The position numbers and the translations under genes were made by a program. Positions 45,643 through 55,500 of a stretch of 64,000 bases of DNA are shown in pieces (within the stretch, counting starts at the first letter, position 1; each line of letters opens with the position of its first letter). The stretch comes from Myxococcota bacterium (lineage in GTDB: Bacteria; Myxococcota_A; UBA9160; UBA6930), in contig OZ245002.1 of NCBI GenBank assembly GCA_965223415.1, positions 4,736,001 through 4,800,000 of the forward strand, written 5' to 3'. Under the pieces are notes generated by a model. The model was not told the origin of the DNA and did not search any database. It saw only the letters and a list, made by a program, of their open reading frames with translations.

Positions 45643-47328
45643 TCACTCCCGGACGTCACTACCCTCGGCGCCGCGGGCGAGGGCCACGGCTTCCGTGTAC
45701 AGGCGGTCGAGCTGCTCCTGCAGCGTGCGGGTCCCGGCGCCGCGCTTGCGGGCGATCTCGAGGATCTGGCCGACCGCACTCGACATCGAATCGCTGGCGG
45801 TGCCGTGCCCCTCGGTGTTGCGCTGGATCGAGCGGATCATCTCGCCGATGGCGCTGATGCTCTCGGTGATGAAGCGGCCGCTCTCCCGCTGCTCCTCGGT
45901 GGAGCGGTGCACCTGGCGGCAGAGCTCGAGGGACTCCTCCGCGTTGCGCAGCAGGGTCTCGCCCCCGCCGGACTGCTCGGCCATGGCGGTGGAGATCTGC
46001 TGCACCATCGACGAGGTCCGCTGCACGGCCTCGGTGACGTGCTTCGAGTTGCGGCTCTGCTCGGTCGTCGCCCGGGCGATCTCGGCGACGCGGGAGCTGG
46101 CGTCCCGAGCGGTCTCGCGAATCCGGGCCAGCTCCTCGCCCGCCTTCCGCGAGCGCTCGACGCCCGTCTCCACCGAGTCGATGCCCGCGGCCATGGCGTC
46201 CATGGCGTTACCGGACTCATCCTGCACCGCCTTGATCAACCCCTCGATCTCCTTCGTGCTCGAAGCGGTGCGCTGGGCGAGGGTCTTTACGTGATTGGCC
46301 ACGACGGCGAAGGCCTTGCCCTGCTCGCCGGCCTGGGCGGCGATGATCGCCGCGTTCAGCGAGAGCAGGTTGGTCTCGTCGTTGATGCCACCGATCACGT
46401 TCACGATCTCGCCGATCTCGGCGATGCGCGAGGCGAGCCGCTCGAGCACCGCCTTCGCCTCCTGGGTCTGGTGGCGGATCTCCGCGATGCCGTCGATCGT
46501 GGCGGAAACCGCCGTGCTGCCTTCCTGGGCGCCGGTGCTGACGCGGTCGGTCAGCTCCGCGGCGTCGGCGACGTGGGTCGTCACCTCCTGGATGGCGCGA
46601 TCCATCTGCACCATCGCCGCCGCGGACTCCTCGGCCATGGACTGCACCGAGTCCGCGCTGTCGGCCACCTGCCGCATGCTCGCGCTGATCTGGTGGACGC
46701 CCGTGGTCGAAGCCTCGGCCGCCTGGTGCAGGGAGCCGGCGATGCGCGCCACCTCCTCGTTGGCGCTCCCCATCTCGAGGATCGAGGCCGACGCCTCCTC
46801 GGCGGAGCGCGAGAGGCTCTCCACCTCGGCGTTGATGCTGCGGATCGAGGAATTGATGTGGGCCAGCAGGGACGCGGTCTCCTCCACCGACTCCTCGATC
46901 TCGGCGCCGCTCTCCTCCACCTCGCGGTTGCTCTCGGCGATCTGCTCCGGCAGCACCTCGAGATCCCGCAGGAAGCTCGAGACCGAGGCGTCCAGGGTGC
47001 GCTGGTGCTCGATCAGGCGCTCCAGGGCAGGGCCGAACTCGCCGATCCGTGCGAGCTCGCTCGCCTCTACGGCGCCCACGCCGTGCTCGGCCAGGCGCGA
47101 CACCAGCTCGAGGGCCTCGGCGCGAGTCCGCCGCTCCGACGCGCCGGCCCGATCGACGAGCCAGCCGGCCCCGAGGGCCCCGGCGCCGATCCCGAGCGCG
47201 CCGATCCATCCGGGCAGCCCAACGCTGCACAGGGCGAGGCCGAGGGCGCCCACGCCGCCGGCTGCGAGGGCAGGCACCAGCATCGTCGGCCGGAGCACTG
47301 CGGAAGGGTCGCGTCGGGATCGGGACAT
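45643..47328 (-). CDS. Methyl-accepting chemotaxis protein
   Basis: ETNLLSLNAAIIAAQAGEQGKAFAVVA signalling tip; two N-terminal TM segments. Confidence 0.93.
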   Translation of the reverse strand: MSRSRRDPSAVLRPTMLVPALAAGGVGALGLALCSVGLPGWIGALGIGAGALGAGWLVDRAGASERRTRAEALELVSRLAEHGVGAVEASELARIGEFGPALERLIEHQRTLDASVSSFLRDLEVLPEQIAESNREVEESGAEIEESVEETASLLAHINSSIRSINAEVESLSRSAEEASASILEMGSANEEVARIAGSLHQAAEASTTGVHQISASMRQVADSADSVQSMAEESAAAMVQMDRAIQEVTTHVADAAELTDRVSTGAQEGSTAVSATIDGIAEIRHQTQEAKAVLERLASRIAEIGEIVNVIGGINDETNLLSLNAAIIAAQAGEQGKAFAVVANHVKTLAQRTASSTKEIEGLIKAVQDESGNAMDAMAAGIDSVETGVERSRKAGEELARIRETARDASSRVAEIARATTEQSRNSKHVTEAVQRTSSMVQQISTAMAEQSGGGETLLRNAEESLELCRQVHRSTEEQRESGRFITESISAIGEMIRSIQRNTEGHGTASDSMSSAVGQILEIARKRGAGTRTLQEQLDRLYTEAVALARGAEGSDVRE

Positions 47329-47490
47329 GAGCGGCCGGTCGCCTCCTCGGGCCGGGATCGGCGGGCCCGCTCCAGGACTTGAGGAAAGCCACGCGATCCC
47401 GAGACCTTGGAAGCAACCGCCGCGGCTGGCCGTACGGCCGGGCAGAGGGCCGCCCCGGAGCTGGCTCGGGCCGAGCGCCTCCGCTCCGCC

Positions 47491-48609
47491 TCAGCCCAGC
47501 CGCACCTCCGCGAGGGCGGCCACCTCGTCCCGCAGGGCCGGGAAGCCGCCGGCGGCGATCGCCTCGCGAGCCCGCTCCATCAGGTGGAGGGTGAAGCGCA
47601 GGTTGTGCAGGCTGGCGAGCCGCGCACCGAGGCTCTCGCCGGTCTGGAGCAGGTGGCGCAGGAAGGCCCGGCTGTGACGGGCACAGACCGGGCAGTCGCA
47701 GGCCGGGTCCGGCGGGCGGTCGTCCCGAGCGAAGCGGGCATTGCGCACCACGATCTGGCCCTCGCTGGTGAAGAGCAGCCCGTGCCGGGCGTGCCGGGTG
47801 GGCACGACACAGTCGAAGAGGTCGACGCCGCACTCGATCGCCCGCACCAGGTCTTCGGGCTTGCCGAGACCCATCAGGTAGCGGGGGCGTTCCTCGGGCA
47901 GCTGCCCGTGGGCCTCGCAGATCGCGGCCCGCCGGGCTTCCGCGGCCTCGCCGAGGCCAAGGCCTCCATGGGCATAGCCGTCGAAGCCCAGGGCGGCGGT
48001 CTCCTTCGCGCTCTCCCGGCGCAGGCCCAGCTCGACGCCGCCCTGCACGATGCCGAAGAGCGCCTGATCCTCGCGTCGATGCGCGCGCCGAGCCCGCTCC
48101 GCCCAGCGCAGGCTGCGCGCTTGGGCGGCGCTCGCCCGCGCCCGATCGTCCACCGCCTCCGGCAGGCACTCGTCGAGCACCATGGCCACATCCGAGCCCA
48201 ACGCCTCCTGGATCGCAACGACACTCTCCGGTGTCAGAAGGCGACGGGAGCCGTCCAGCGCCGAGGAGAAGGTCACGCCGTCCTCGTCCACCCGAACGCG
48301 ATCGGCCAGGGACGTGATCTGGAAGCCGCCGCTGTCGGTGAGCCAGGGCCCGCGCCAGCCCGTGAATCCGTGGAGTCCGCCGAGCTGCTCGATCACCTCT
48401 TCGCCGGGCCGCTCGTGGAGGTGATAGGTGTTCGCCAGGGCGATCTGGGCGCCGAGTGCCTCCAGGTCGCCGGCATCGACGCCGCGCACCGCGCCGTAGG
48501 TGGCGACGGGCATGAAGGCGGGCGTCTCGACGACGCCGTGGGGCGTGGCGAGGCGGCCCGTGCGGGCGTCGCCCTCTCGGGCGGAGATCTCGAAGAGGAG
48601 CGGATTCAC
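47491..48609 (-). CDS. tgt: tRNA-guanine transglycosylase
   Basis: TPAFMPVAT, ANTYHL, LTDSGGFQ, IVQGG, PRYLMG, DCVVPTR, CDCPVC..H. Confidence 0.96.
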   Translation of the reverse strand: MNPLLFEISAREGDARTGRLATPHGVVETPAFMPVATYGAVRGVDAGDLEALGAQIALANTYHLHERPGEEVIEQLGGLHGFTGWRGPWLTDSGGFQITSLADRVRVDEDGVTFSSALDGSRRLLTPESVVAIQEALGSDVAMVLDECLPEAVDDRARASAAQARSLRWAERARRAHRREDQALFGIVQGGVELGLRRESAKETAALGFDGYAHGGLGLGEAAEARRAAICEAHGQLPEERPRYLMGLGKPEDLVRAIECGVDLFDCVVPTRHARHGLLFTSEGQIVVRNARFARDDRPPDPACDCPVCARHSRAFLRHLLQTGESLGARLASLHNLRFTLHLMERAREAIAAGGFPALRDEVAALAEVRLG

Positions 48610-49643
48610 GTGATCAACATGGCGTCGCCGTAAGAGTAGAAGCGGTAGCCCGCCGTGATGGCCTTCCGGTAGCTCCGCAACACGAGATCGGTCCCGGCGA
48701 AGGCGGCCACCAGCATCAGCAGCGAAGAGCGGGGAAGATGGAAGTTCGTGAGCAGTCCGTCCACGACCCGGAAGCGGGAGCCCGGACGCAGGAAGAGCGT
48801 GGTCTCGCCCCGCCCGGGGGCGACGCCGCCGCCTTCGCTCCCGCGGCTCTCGAGCACCCGACAGGTCGTGGTGCCGACCGCGATCACCCGTCCCCCCGCA
48901 CGGCGGGTCGCGTCGATGGCGGCGGCGGTGGAGGCCGGCAGCTCGAAGGGCTCGGCGTGGAGGGCGCCGGTGGCGAGGGCCTCGTCGCTCACGGGCCGGA
49001 ACGTGCCCGGGCCGACGTGCAGCACGACCTCCGCCCAGCCGATATCCGCCGCCGCCAGCCGCGCGAGCAGGGTGCGGGTGAAGTGGAGGCCGGCGGTAGG
49101 CGCCGCCACCGAGCCCGGCGCGCGGGCGTAGACCGTCTGGTACCGCTCCGCATCCTGCGCGTCGGCCTCCGCCCGGTCGATGTAGGGCGGGAGCGGCATC
49201 TCCCCGAGGACGGTCGGAGGTTGGCCGGGCGGGAGGTCGAAGGCCAGCTCCACCTCGCCGCCTTCGCCGAGGCGCGAGACCCGAGCGCGGACCTCCCGCC
49301 CGTCCCGCTCGAAGACGAGCTCGAGCGCCTCCCGAAGCCGGCCCGAGCAGCGCAGCAGCGCCCGCTGGCCTCCGGCCGGGGCCGCGCCCAGCAGGAGAGC
49401 CTCTACCGCGCCCCCGCTGGCCTTGCGGCCCCGCAGGCGCGCCGAGAGCACCCGGGTGGCGTTGGCGACGAGCAGGTCGCCGGGACGCAGCCACTCCGGA
49501 AGGTCGGCCACGTGCCCGTGGCGCAGGGCGCCGGTGGCGCGCTCGAGCCCCAACAGCCGGGCGGCGTCCCGCGGCTCGGCCGGCGCCTGGGCGATACGCT
49601 CCGCCGGTAGCTCGAAGTCGAGCTCATCCAGGCGGGAGCCCAT
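48606..49643 (-). CDS. queA: S-adenosylmethionine:tRNA ribosyltransferase-isomerase
   Basis: PLPPYI, YQTVYA, SVAAPTAGLHF, TNFHLP, YRFYSYGDAM. Confidence 0.97.
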   Translation of the reverse strand: MGSRLDELDFELPAERIAQAPAEPRDAARLLGLERATGALRHGHVADLPEWLRPGDLLVANATRVLSARLRGRKASGGAVEALLLGAAPAGGQRALLRCSGRLREALELVFERDGREVRARVSRLGEGGEVELAFDLPPGQPPTVLGEMPLPPYIDRAEADAQDAERYQTVYARAPGSVAAPTAGLHFTRTLLARLAAADIGWAEVVLHVGPGTFRPVSDEALATGALHAEPFELPASTAAAIDATRRAGGRVIAVGTTTCRVLESRGSEGGGVAPGRGETTLFLRPGSRFRVVDGLLTNFHLPRSSLLMLVAAFAGTDLVLRSYRKAITAGYRFYSYGDAMLIT

Positions 49644-51030
49644 CTCCGTCTCCCTCAGCCGGCGGCTCCGTCGCAGGGGGCCTCGGGCCCGGGGCCTCCG
49701 GTCCTGCTTCCGCGGGAGCGGGCTCCGGCGCCGGGGGGCCCGGCGCGGCGGGCGCCACCGGCTCCGGCGCGCTCGGCTGGGAGAGGGCGTGGAGCAGGGC
49801 GGGCGTCTCGCGGATCGAGTCCCAGGAGAAGAGCGCCGAGCCGAGGCCTTCGGTCGCCTCCACCCGGCGAAGCTGGGCCAGGGCCAGCTCGGGCTGCCCG
49901 GCGAAGAGCCAGGAGCCGAGACCGACCCAGAGCTCCCGGCCCCGCGCCAAGCCCGACAGCGCCTCGACGCCGTGGCGGAGCAGGGTGGCGTCGCGGGTGT
50001 AGAGCATCGGTACCGCGAAGTCGATCAGGCCGGTGTCGAGCCAGCCGGCCCAGTCCTGGAAGTCGACGAGGTAGGCGCGCTCCCGGTCGGCGATGACCGC
50101 CGCCGAGATCCGCAGGCCGGGCTTCGCGGCCCGCGCCGCGTCGCGAATCTCGCGTACCAGCTCGGCCAGCTTCTCGCGCCGCCAGTCGTCCCAGCGGTTC
50201 GCGTTGCGCAGGCTCGTGCCGAAGGGCGCGGCGAGACCGGTCTCCCGCTGGAAGCGGAGACGCGAGGCCTCGCCGAAGCCGAAGGAGAGACCGACGCCGA
50301 AGCGCGTCCCCGGCGAGTACGGCAGTACGTCCGGATAGCGGATGTAGTCCAGGTGCAGGCCGTCGAGGGCGGGGTAGCCGGCGATCAGCTCGGCCAGGGT
50401 CGCGGCCAGGCGCTCCGCGACGCCGCGGGCGGCCGGGTCGAGCCACACGGCGGGCGTTCCCATGCGGTAGTAGCGCCGGTCGGGCTCCGGTACCTCGAAG
50501 GCCGGATAGTCGAGGATCGAGCGGCCGTGGGCGTCGACCGCGACCGCGTCGCGGCCGAGATCGCGAAGGATCGGCACATCGGCGTGGGACGCGAGCGAGA
50601 GCACGTTGACCCAGGCGTGCACCCGCAGGCCGCGGGTGTGGGCCCGGGCGATCAGCACCTGGAGGGCGTCGCGCTCGCCCTCCCGAAAGGTCTTCGCGTA
50701 GGGGGTCGGATCGGCCAGGGTCGAGGCGAACCAGGCGCGCCCGCCCCGATAGACCTGCACGAAGAGGTCGCTGGCGCCGAGGGCCTCGGCGTCGTCGAGC
50801 AGCTGGTCGACGCGTTCGGGATGCTCGAGGACCCGTTGGGAGCCCTCGCAGAGCACCCACAGCCCGCGCGGCTCGGCCGCCGCCGAGAGCGCATTCATCA
50901 GCACCGCGAGGGCCAGAAGCCCCCTCGCGCGGCCCGCCTGGGCACGCGCCGGAGGCCGCCCGGCCGCGCTCAGGCGGCGCGGGGCGTGCCGCAGCGGGGC
51001 GCAGAGGATTCCGAACAAGGGGGCACGCAA
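49624..51030 (-). CDS. Glycosyl hydrolase-like 10 (DUF187) family protein
   Basis: RGLWV, LFVQV, VHAWVN, WLDP, LDGLHLDYIRYP, QDW..W; start uncertain. Confidence 0.82.
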   Translation of the reverse strand: MRAPLFGILCAPLRHAPRRLSAAGRPPARAQAGRARGLLALAVLMNALSAAAEPRGLWVLCEGSQRVLEHPERVDQLLDDAEALGASDLFVQVYRGGRAWFASTLADPTPYAKTFREGERDALQVLIARAHTRGLRVHAWVNVLSLASHADVPILRDLGRDAVAVDAHGRSILDYPAFEVPEPDRRYYRMGTPAVWLDPAARGVAERLAATLAELIAGYPALDGLHLDYIRYPDVLPYSPGTRFGVGLSFGFGEASRLRFQRETGLAAPFGTSLRNANRWDDWRREKLAELVREIRDAARAAKPGLRISAAVIADRERAYLVDFQDWAGWLDTGLIDFAVPMLYTRDATLLRHGVEALSGLARGRELWVGLGSWLFAGQPELALAQLRRVEATEGLGSALFSWDSIRETPALLHALSQPSAPEPVAPAAPGPPAPEPAPAEAGPEAPGPRPPATEPPAEGDGDGLPPG

Positions 51031-51088
51031 CGTCGTCGGAACCTACCGGAGGCTCGCCGTCATGACACCCGCATCGCCGCCCTGCGGC

Positions 51089-51168
51089 CCCGCTCCATGG
51101 ACATCTGCCGAGCCCGGTGGCCCGCTCCAATGGACATCTGCCGAGCCCGGTGGCGCGCTCCATTGACA
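51089..51168. repeat. Tandem ~33-bp repeat, 2.5 copies, in divergent intergenic region
   Basis: CCCGCTCC(A)ATGGACATCTGCCGAGCCCGGTGG x2 then CGCGCTCCATTGACA. Confidence 0.85.
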
Positions 51169-51207
51169 CGGGCCGACCTCGCTTCACACTGCCGGGACGG
51201 GGGTCAC

Positions 51208-53280
51208 GTGGGACCGCAGGAAGGGCAGGGCAGGGGGTGGCGCGCGGCCGCCGCAGCGGTTCGGCGGACGGCGTGGACGACACTGTGGCTCGTCCTGGCG
51301 AGCCCGCTTCCCGGCGGCGCCTCGGAGGAGGGCGAGCCGACGGGCCCGGCTGAAGGCTTACGCCTCGGCCTCGAGGCCCTGGCTCGCGACGCACCGGCCG
51401 AGGCCCGGATGCGCTTCGCCACGGTGCGCGAGCGGTGGCCGATCGTGGCGGACCACGCCGAGCACCTGCGGATCGAAGCCCTTGCCCGAACCGCGCCTCC
51501 GGGCGAAGTGCTGACCGCGGGGCTCGCCTTCGTCGGGCGCCACGGCGCATCGCCGGTCGTCGGGCCGGTCTGGCGCGCGGTCGGCGATGCCCACGAGGCC
51601 TTGGGTCAGCTCGGCGACGCGCGTGACGCCTGGCAACAGGCCATCCGCCACACCGACCGGCCCGAGGAGAAGCTCGCCCTCGCCCTGCAGGCGGCTCGTT
51701 CCTGGGAGGCGGAGGCGCAGTTCGAGGAGGCGGCAACCGCCTACGTGGCCTTGTGGCGGGACCACCCTGCGGTGCGCGGCAGCGAGGCGGCCGCGGACGG
51801 TCTGCTGCGCGCCGAGAGCCGACTGGGCCGCCCGAAGCGAACGGCCGCCGACTGGGCGAAGCGCTCGGCGCGCCTCCAGGCCGCCTATCACAACGGCCCC
51901 GCCCTCGAGGCCTGTGACCGGGCGCTCGACCTGGGCCCTGGCGACCTCGCGAGCCGCGCGACCCTGCTACGGCGGAGGGCCGATCTCCTGTTCCGGCTGC
52001 GACGCTATGCCGATGCGGTGCAGGCCTTCGCCGCGCTCCCGGCAGGCCCGGAGCAGCGCTTCTGGCACGCCCGCTCTCTCGCGCGCAACGGTCGGGTCGA
52101 GGACGCGATCGCCGGCTTTCGCACCGTCGCTGCGGAGGCGGAGCCGGCCCTCGCCGCCCGGGCGCTCTTCCTCGCCGGAACGCTCCTCGACGACGACGAC
52201 CAACGCCCGGAGCTGGCGCAGGAGGCCTTCACCCAGGTGGCAGCCAACGCGCCGGCTGCGGCCCAACGGGGAGAAGCCCGTTGGCGGCTGGCGTGGGCGG
52301 CGTACCGGGCGGGTCGGATGGAAGAGGCGGCCGGCCACCTGCGCCTGCTGGCAGCCGACACGCCGGATCCGCTCGACGCACTGCGCGCCCGTTACTGGCT
52401 GGCCCGGGCACGCGAAGCCAGCGCGCCGGAGGAAGCGAAGCAGGCGCTGGCCCGCATCGCCCGGGAGCTGCCCTTCACGTACTACGGCTGGCGCGCGGCG
52501 GAGCACCTGGGGGAGCGCACGGCCGTCGCGACGACGGCGGGCTCTCCGCCGCCGGCGCGTCTTCCGGCCGTCCGGCGCCAGCGGGCGGAGATCCTGATCG
52601 GCGCGGGCCTGGACGACGCGGCGGCCCTGGAGCTCATCGCGCTGCGCCCTCGCGCGCGCAGCCGCGCGGACCGCATCGCTCTCGGCCTCCTGTTCCGGAG
52701 CGCGGGCCGCTTCCACGAAGCGCAGCGGCTGATGCTCGACCACGATCTGCTGCGGATGGCCAAAGGCCCGGGGGACGAAGACGCCCTCGCTGCGTGGCAG
52801 CTCGCCTGGCCGCGTGCCTTCGCCGAGGCGCTCGAGCCCGCGGCCCAGCGCCACGGCGTCGACACGGAGCTGGTCTACGCGGTGATGCGGGAGGAGAGCG
52901 GCTACCGCCCCGCGGTGCTCTCGGTGGTCGGCGCCCACGGCCTCACCCAAATCATGCCCGAGACCGGGAGGCGTCTCGCCCACGAGCTGGGGCGCGAGGG
53001 GTTCGAGACGCGCCAGCTCCTCGAGCCCCCCGTCAACCTCGAGCTGGGCGCCTACTACCTGAGTCAGCTCCTGGCGCGAACCGGCGGCAGGCTTTCTGCG
53101 GCCGTCGCCAGCTACAACGCGGGGCCCGGCGCCGTCGAGCGGTGGTTGGCACGGAGAGGCGGACTTCCCGACGACGTGTGGGTCGAGTCGATCCCGTACA
53201 CCCAGACCCGGCGCTACGTGAAGCGTGTGCTGCGCAGCGTGCACGTCTACCGGACGCTCCCCGGGGCCTCCGCCCGGTGA
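51208..53280 (+). CDS. slt: Soluble lytic murein transglycosylase with TPR region
   Basis: VMREESGY, AHGLTQIMP, ASYNAGPG, VESIPY..TRRYVKRV; start uncertain. Confidence 0.88.
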   Translation: MGPQEGQGRGWRAAAAAVRRTAWTTLWLVLASPLPGGASEEGEPTGPAEGLRLGLEALARDAPAEARMRFATVRERWPIVADHAEHLRIEALARTAPPGEVLTAGLAFVGRHGASPVVGPVWRAVGDAHEALGQLGDARDAWQQAIRHTDRPEEKLALALQAARSWEAEAQFEEAATAYVALWRDHPAVRGSEAAADGLLRAESRLGRPKRTAADWAKRSARLQAAYHNGPALEACDRALDLGPGDLASRATLLRRRADLLFRLRRYADAVQAFAALPAGPEQRFWHARSLARNGRVEDAIAGFRTVAAEAEPALAARALFLAGTLLDDDDQRPELAQEAFTQVAANAPAAAQRGEARWRLAWAAYRAGRMEEAAGHLRLLAADTPDPLDALRARYWLARAREASAPEEAKQALARIARELPFTYYGWRAAEHLGERTAVATTAGSPPPARLPAVRRQRAEILIGAGLDDAAALELIALRPRARSRADRIALGLLFRSAGRFHEAQRLMLDHDLLRMAKGPGDEDALAAWQLAWPRAFAEALEPAAQRHGVDTELVYAVMREESGYRPAVLSVVGAHGLTQIMPETGRRLAHELGREGFETRQLLEPPVNLELGAYYLSQLLARTGGRLSAAVASYNAGPGAVERWLARRGGLPDDVWVESIPYTQTRRYVKRVLRSVHVYRTLPGASAR

Positions 53281-54239
53281 CCGACGGCCAGGCCGTCTGG
53301 AGCGTCGCACCGGCCGGAGCGCGAAAGGTCGACGTGCTCGGGCTCGGCGAGATCTCCCTCGACCAGGTAGCGCGGGTTCCGCGCTTCCCCGCCTTCGCGA
53401 CGAAGACGGCCATGAGCTCGTGGCGCGAGCACCCGGGCGGCCAGATGGCGACGGCGGTGCTCACGAGCGCGCGGCTCGGGGCGCAGGCCCGCCTGCTGGG
53501 AAGCATCGGCGACGACGACGCGGGCCGGCGCGCCCTGGTGCCGCTGCGCGCCGCGGGGGTGGCCCTTGACGGCGTGCGCGTCCGCAGTGGCGTGCGCAGC
53601 CGCTGCGCCATGATCCTGGTGGACGAGAACAGCGGCGAGCGCACCGTGCTGTGGCACCGCCCCGCGGCGCTCTCCCTGGTTCGAGGCGAAGTGGAGGCCG
53701 GGGAGATCGAGCAGAGCCGGCTGCTCATGGTCGACGCCAGCGATCTCGAGCGCTCCGTCTGGGCGGCGGACTGCGCGCGGCACACCGGCATCCCGGTCGT
53801 GGTGGACGTAGACACCCTCGAGCCCGACCCGTCGGCGCTCCTCGCGAAGGCGGACTTCCCGATCGTGCCCGAGGCCCTGGCGGCGGCCCTGGGCGGGCCC
53901 GACCGGGCACTGACGGACCTCGCCGCCCGCGGTGCCCGCCTTCCCGTCGTGACGCGGGGCGCGGAGGGCGCGGTGGCGCTCTGGCGGGAGAGCGTCCTCG
54001 CGGCGGCCGCCTTCCCGGTGGAGGCCCTGGACACCACCGGGGCCGGGGACGTCTTCCACGGCGCCTTCGCCTGGGCGCTCCTCGAAGGCCAGGGCCCGGA
54101 GGAGCTGCTGCGAACCGCGAACGCCGCGGCGGGCATGAGCTGCCGGGCCCACGGGGCTCAGGGCGGCCTCCCGAGCCGGACGGAGCTCGCGGACTTTCTC
54201 GCCGGCGCCGGTCGGCCGATGGGGGAAGGCGGGAGGTGA
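53277..54239 (+). CDS. PfkB family carbohydrate kinase
   Basis: PGGQMAT, VTRGAEG, DTTGAGDVFHG. Confidence 0.92.
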   Translation: MTDGQAVWSVAPAGARKVDVLGLGEISLDQVARVPRFPAFATKTAMSSWREHPGGQMATAVLTSARLGAQARLLGSIGDDDAGRRALVPLRAAGVALDGVRVRSGVRSRCAMILVDENSGERTVLWHRPAALSLVRGEVEAGEIEQSRLLMVDASDLERSVWAADCARHTGIPVVVDVDTLEPDPSALLAKADFPIVPEALAAALGGPDRALTDLAARGARLPVVTRGAEGAVALWRESVLAAAAFPVEALDTTGAGDVFHGAFAWALLEGQGPEELLRTANAAAGMSCRAHGAQGGLPSRTELADFLAGAGRPMGEGGR

Positions 54240-54245
54240 CCCGCC

Positions 54246-54674
54246 ATGGCCCGAGTCCTCGACCGCACCCATCGGAGCGCCGGCAGCGCTCTGCTGCCCG
54301 CGCTGCTCCTGCTCGCGTTGCTCCTCGCCGGCGGCGGCTACAACTACCGGCGCAACCTGCAGGCCGAGCCGCCGCGCCCCTACCGCAGCTACGGCGATGC
54401 GGAGCTGAGCCAGCTGATCGCGGCCTACGAGGGAGACGTCACCCGCCGCGAGGGCGCGCTGCCCCACGCATCGCGGAGCGCGAGCGGCGGCGGTCCGCTC
54501 CTGCAGGACCGCGTCGACGACTTCGAGGCCGCCCAGCGCCACGGCCGGGCCTACCGGGAAGCCCTCGCCGGGGTCGCCGGCCAGGAAGGCGTCCTTCGGG
54601 AGCTGATGGAGGAGCGGCAGGCGCGGCAGGAGCCCCCGCTCTCCGTTCACCTGCGGCGCCTCACGACGCTCTAG
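54246..54674 (+). CDS. Hypothetical membrane-anchored protein
   Basis: N-terminal [10 protein letters not shown], helical remainder. Confidence 0.65.
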   Translation: MARVLDRTHRSAGSALLPALLLLALLLAGGGYNYRRNLQAEPPRPYRSYGDAELSQLIAAYEGDVTRREGALPHASRSASGGGPLLQDRVDDFEAAQRHGRAYREALAGVAGQEGVLRELMEERQARQEPPLSVHLRRLTTL

Positions 54675-54686
54675 CCACCCACCCGG

Positions 54687-54722
54687 AACGCAAGTCGCAA
54701 GGAACGTCCCCGTTCTTGCGTT
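54687..54722. repeat. Half copy of the 13.6-kb palindrome between convergent genes
   Basis: CGCAAGTCGCAAGGAACGTCCCCGTTCTTGC vs CGCAAGTTGCAAGGAACGTCCCCACTCTTGC. Confidence 0.7.
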
Positions 54723-54729
54723 TCTCGGG

Positions 54730-55500
54730 TCAGTCGTCGTCGCTGTCGGTGGCCTCGATGATGCCTTCTTCGAGCTGACCGATGTCGAGCTCGGCGGCGG
54801 TGTCGTCGTCGTCCTCGAAGGTCTCCTCGGCGGGCTCTTCCTCTTCGAGGAGTCGGGACATCGGGGCGGCGGCGGGGCGCTTCTGGGCCGGTGCGGGCTT
54901 CGGCGCCGCGACGGCGTCCTTGGGCCGCTGGCGCTGGTTCGCTTCGCACTTCGGGCAGATCGCCTCTTCCTTGCCGAGGTCGTAGAACTTCGCCTGGCAG
55001 GCGTAGCAGACCCACTTGTAGCCGAGGCCCGGCTTCGGCTCGGAGCTTGCCGGCTCGGCCGGGGCGAACTCGCTCTTACGTCTCCGCCCGGTCGCCTTGG
55101 CGGCCTTCTTCGCCGCCGGCGCCTTGCCCTTCGTCCTGGCCTTCGCCGCTTCGGGCTTGGCGGCCTTCTTCGTCGCCACCTTGGCCGGGGCGGCCTTCTT
55201 GGCTGCGGCCTTCTTCGCCGTCGCCTTCTTCGTGGTGGGCTTCTTGGCCGCGGCCTTCCGGGTCGTCGCCTTCTTGGCCGTGGCCTTCCTGGCGGTGGCT
55301 TTCTTCGTTGCGGCCTTCCTGGCCGTGGGCTTCTTGGCGGCGGCCTTCTTCGCCGTCGCCTTCTTCGTGGTGGGCTTCTTGGCCGCGGCTTTCTTCGCCG
55401 TCGCCTTCTTGCGAGCGGGCTTCTTGCTCGTGGCCTTCTTCGTGCTCTTGCGGGCCGCCTTCTTCGCGGCCTTCCTGGTCGCCTTTCGGGCCGGGCTCAT
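54730..55500 (-). CDS. Histone H1-like Lys/Ala repeat fused to FYDLN-acid domain
   Basis: ~140 aa of [19 protein letters not shown] repeats; [22 protein letters not shown]; acidic tail. Confidence 0.85.
   Translation of the reverse strand: MSPARKATRKAAKKAARKSTKKATSKKPARKKATAKKAAAKKPTTKKATAKKAAAKKPTARKAATKKATARKATAKKATTRKAAAKKPTTKKATAKKAAAKKAAPAKVATKKAAKPEAAKARTKGKAPAAKKAAKATGRRRKSEFAPAEPASSEPKPGLGYKWVCYACQAKFYDLGKEEAICPKCEANQRQRPKDAVAAPKPAPAQKRPAAAPMSRLLEEEEPAEETFEDDDDTAAELDIGQLEEGIIEATDSDDD

Noticed and set aside
51089..51168. Possible CRISPR array
   Set aside because: Repeats are directly adjacent with no spacers; no cas genes
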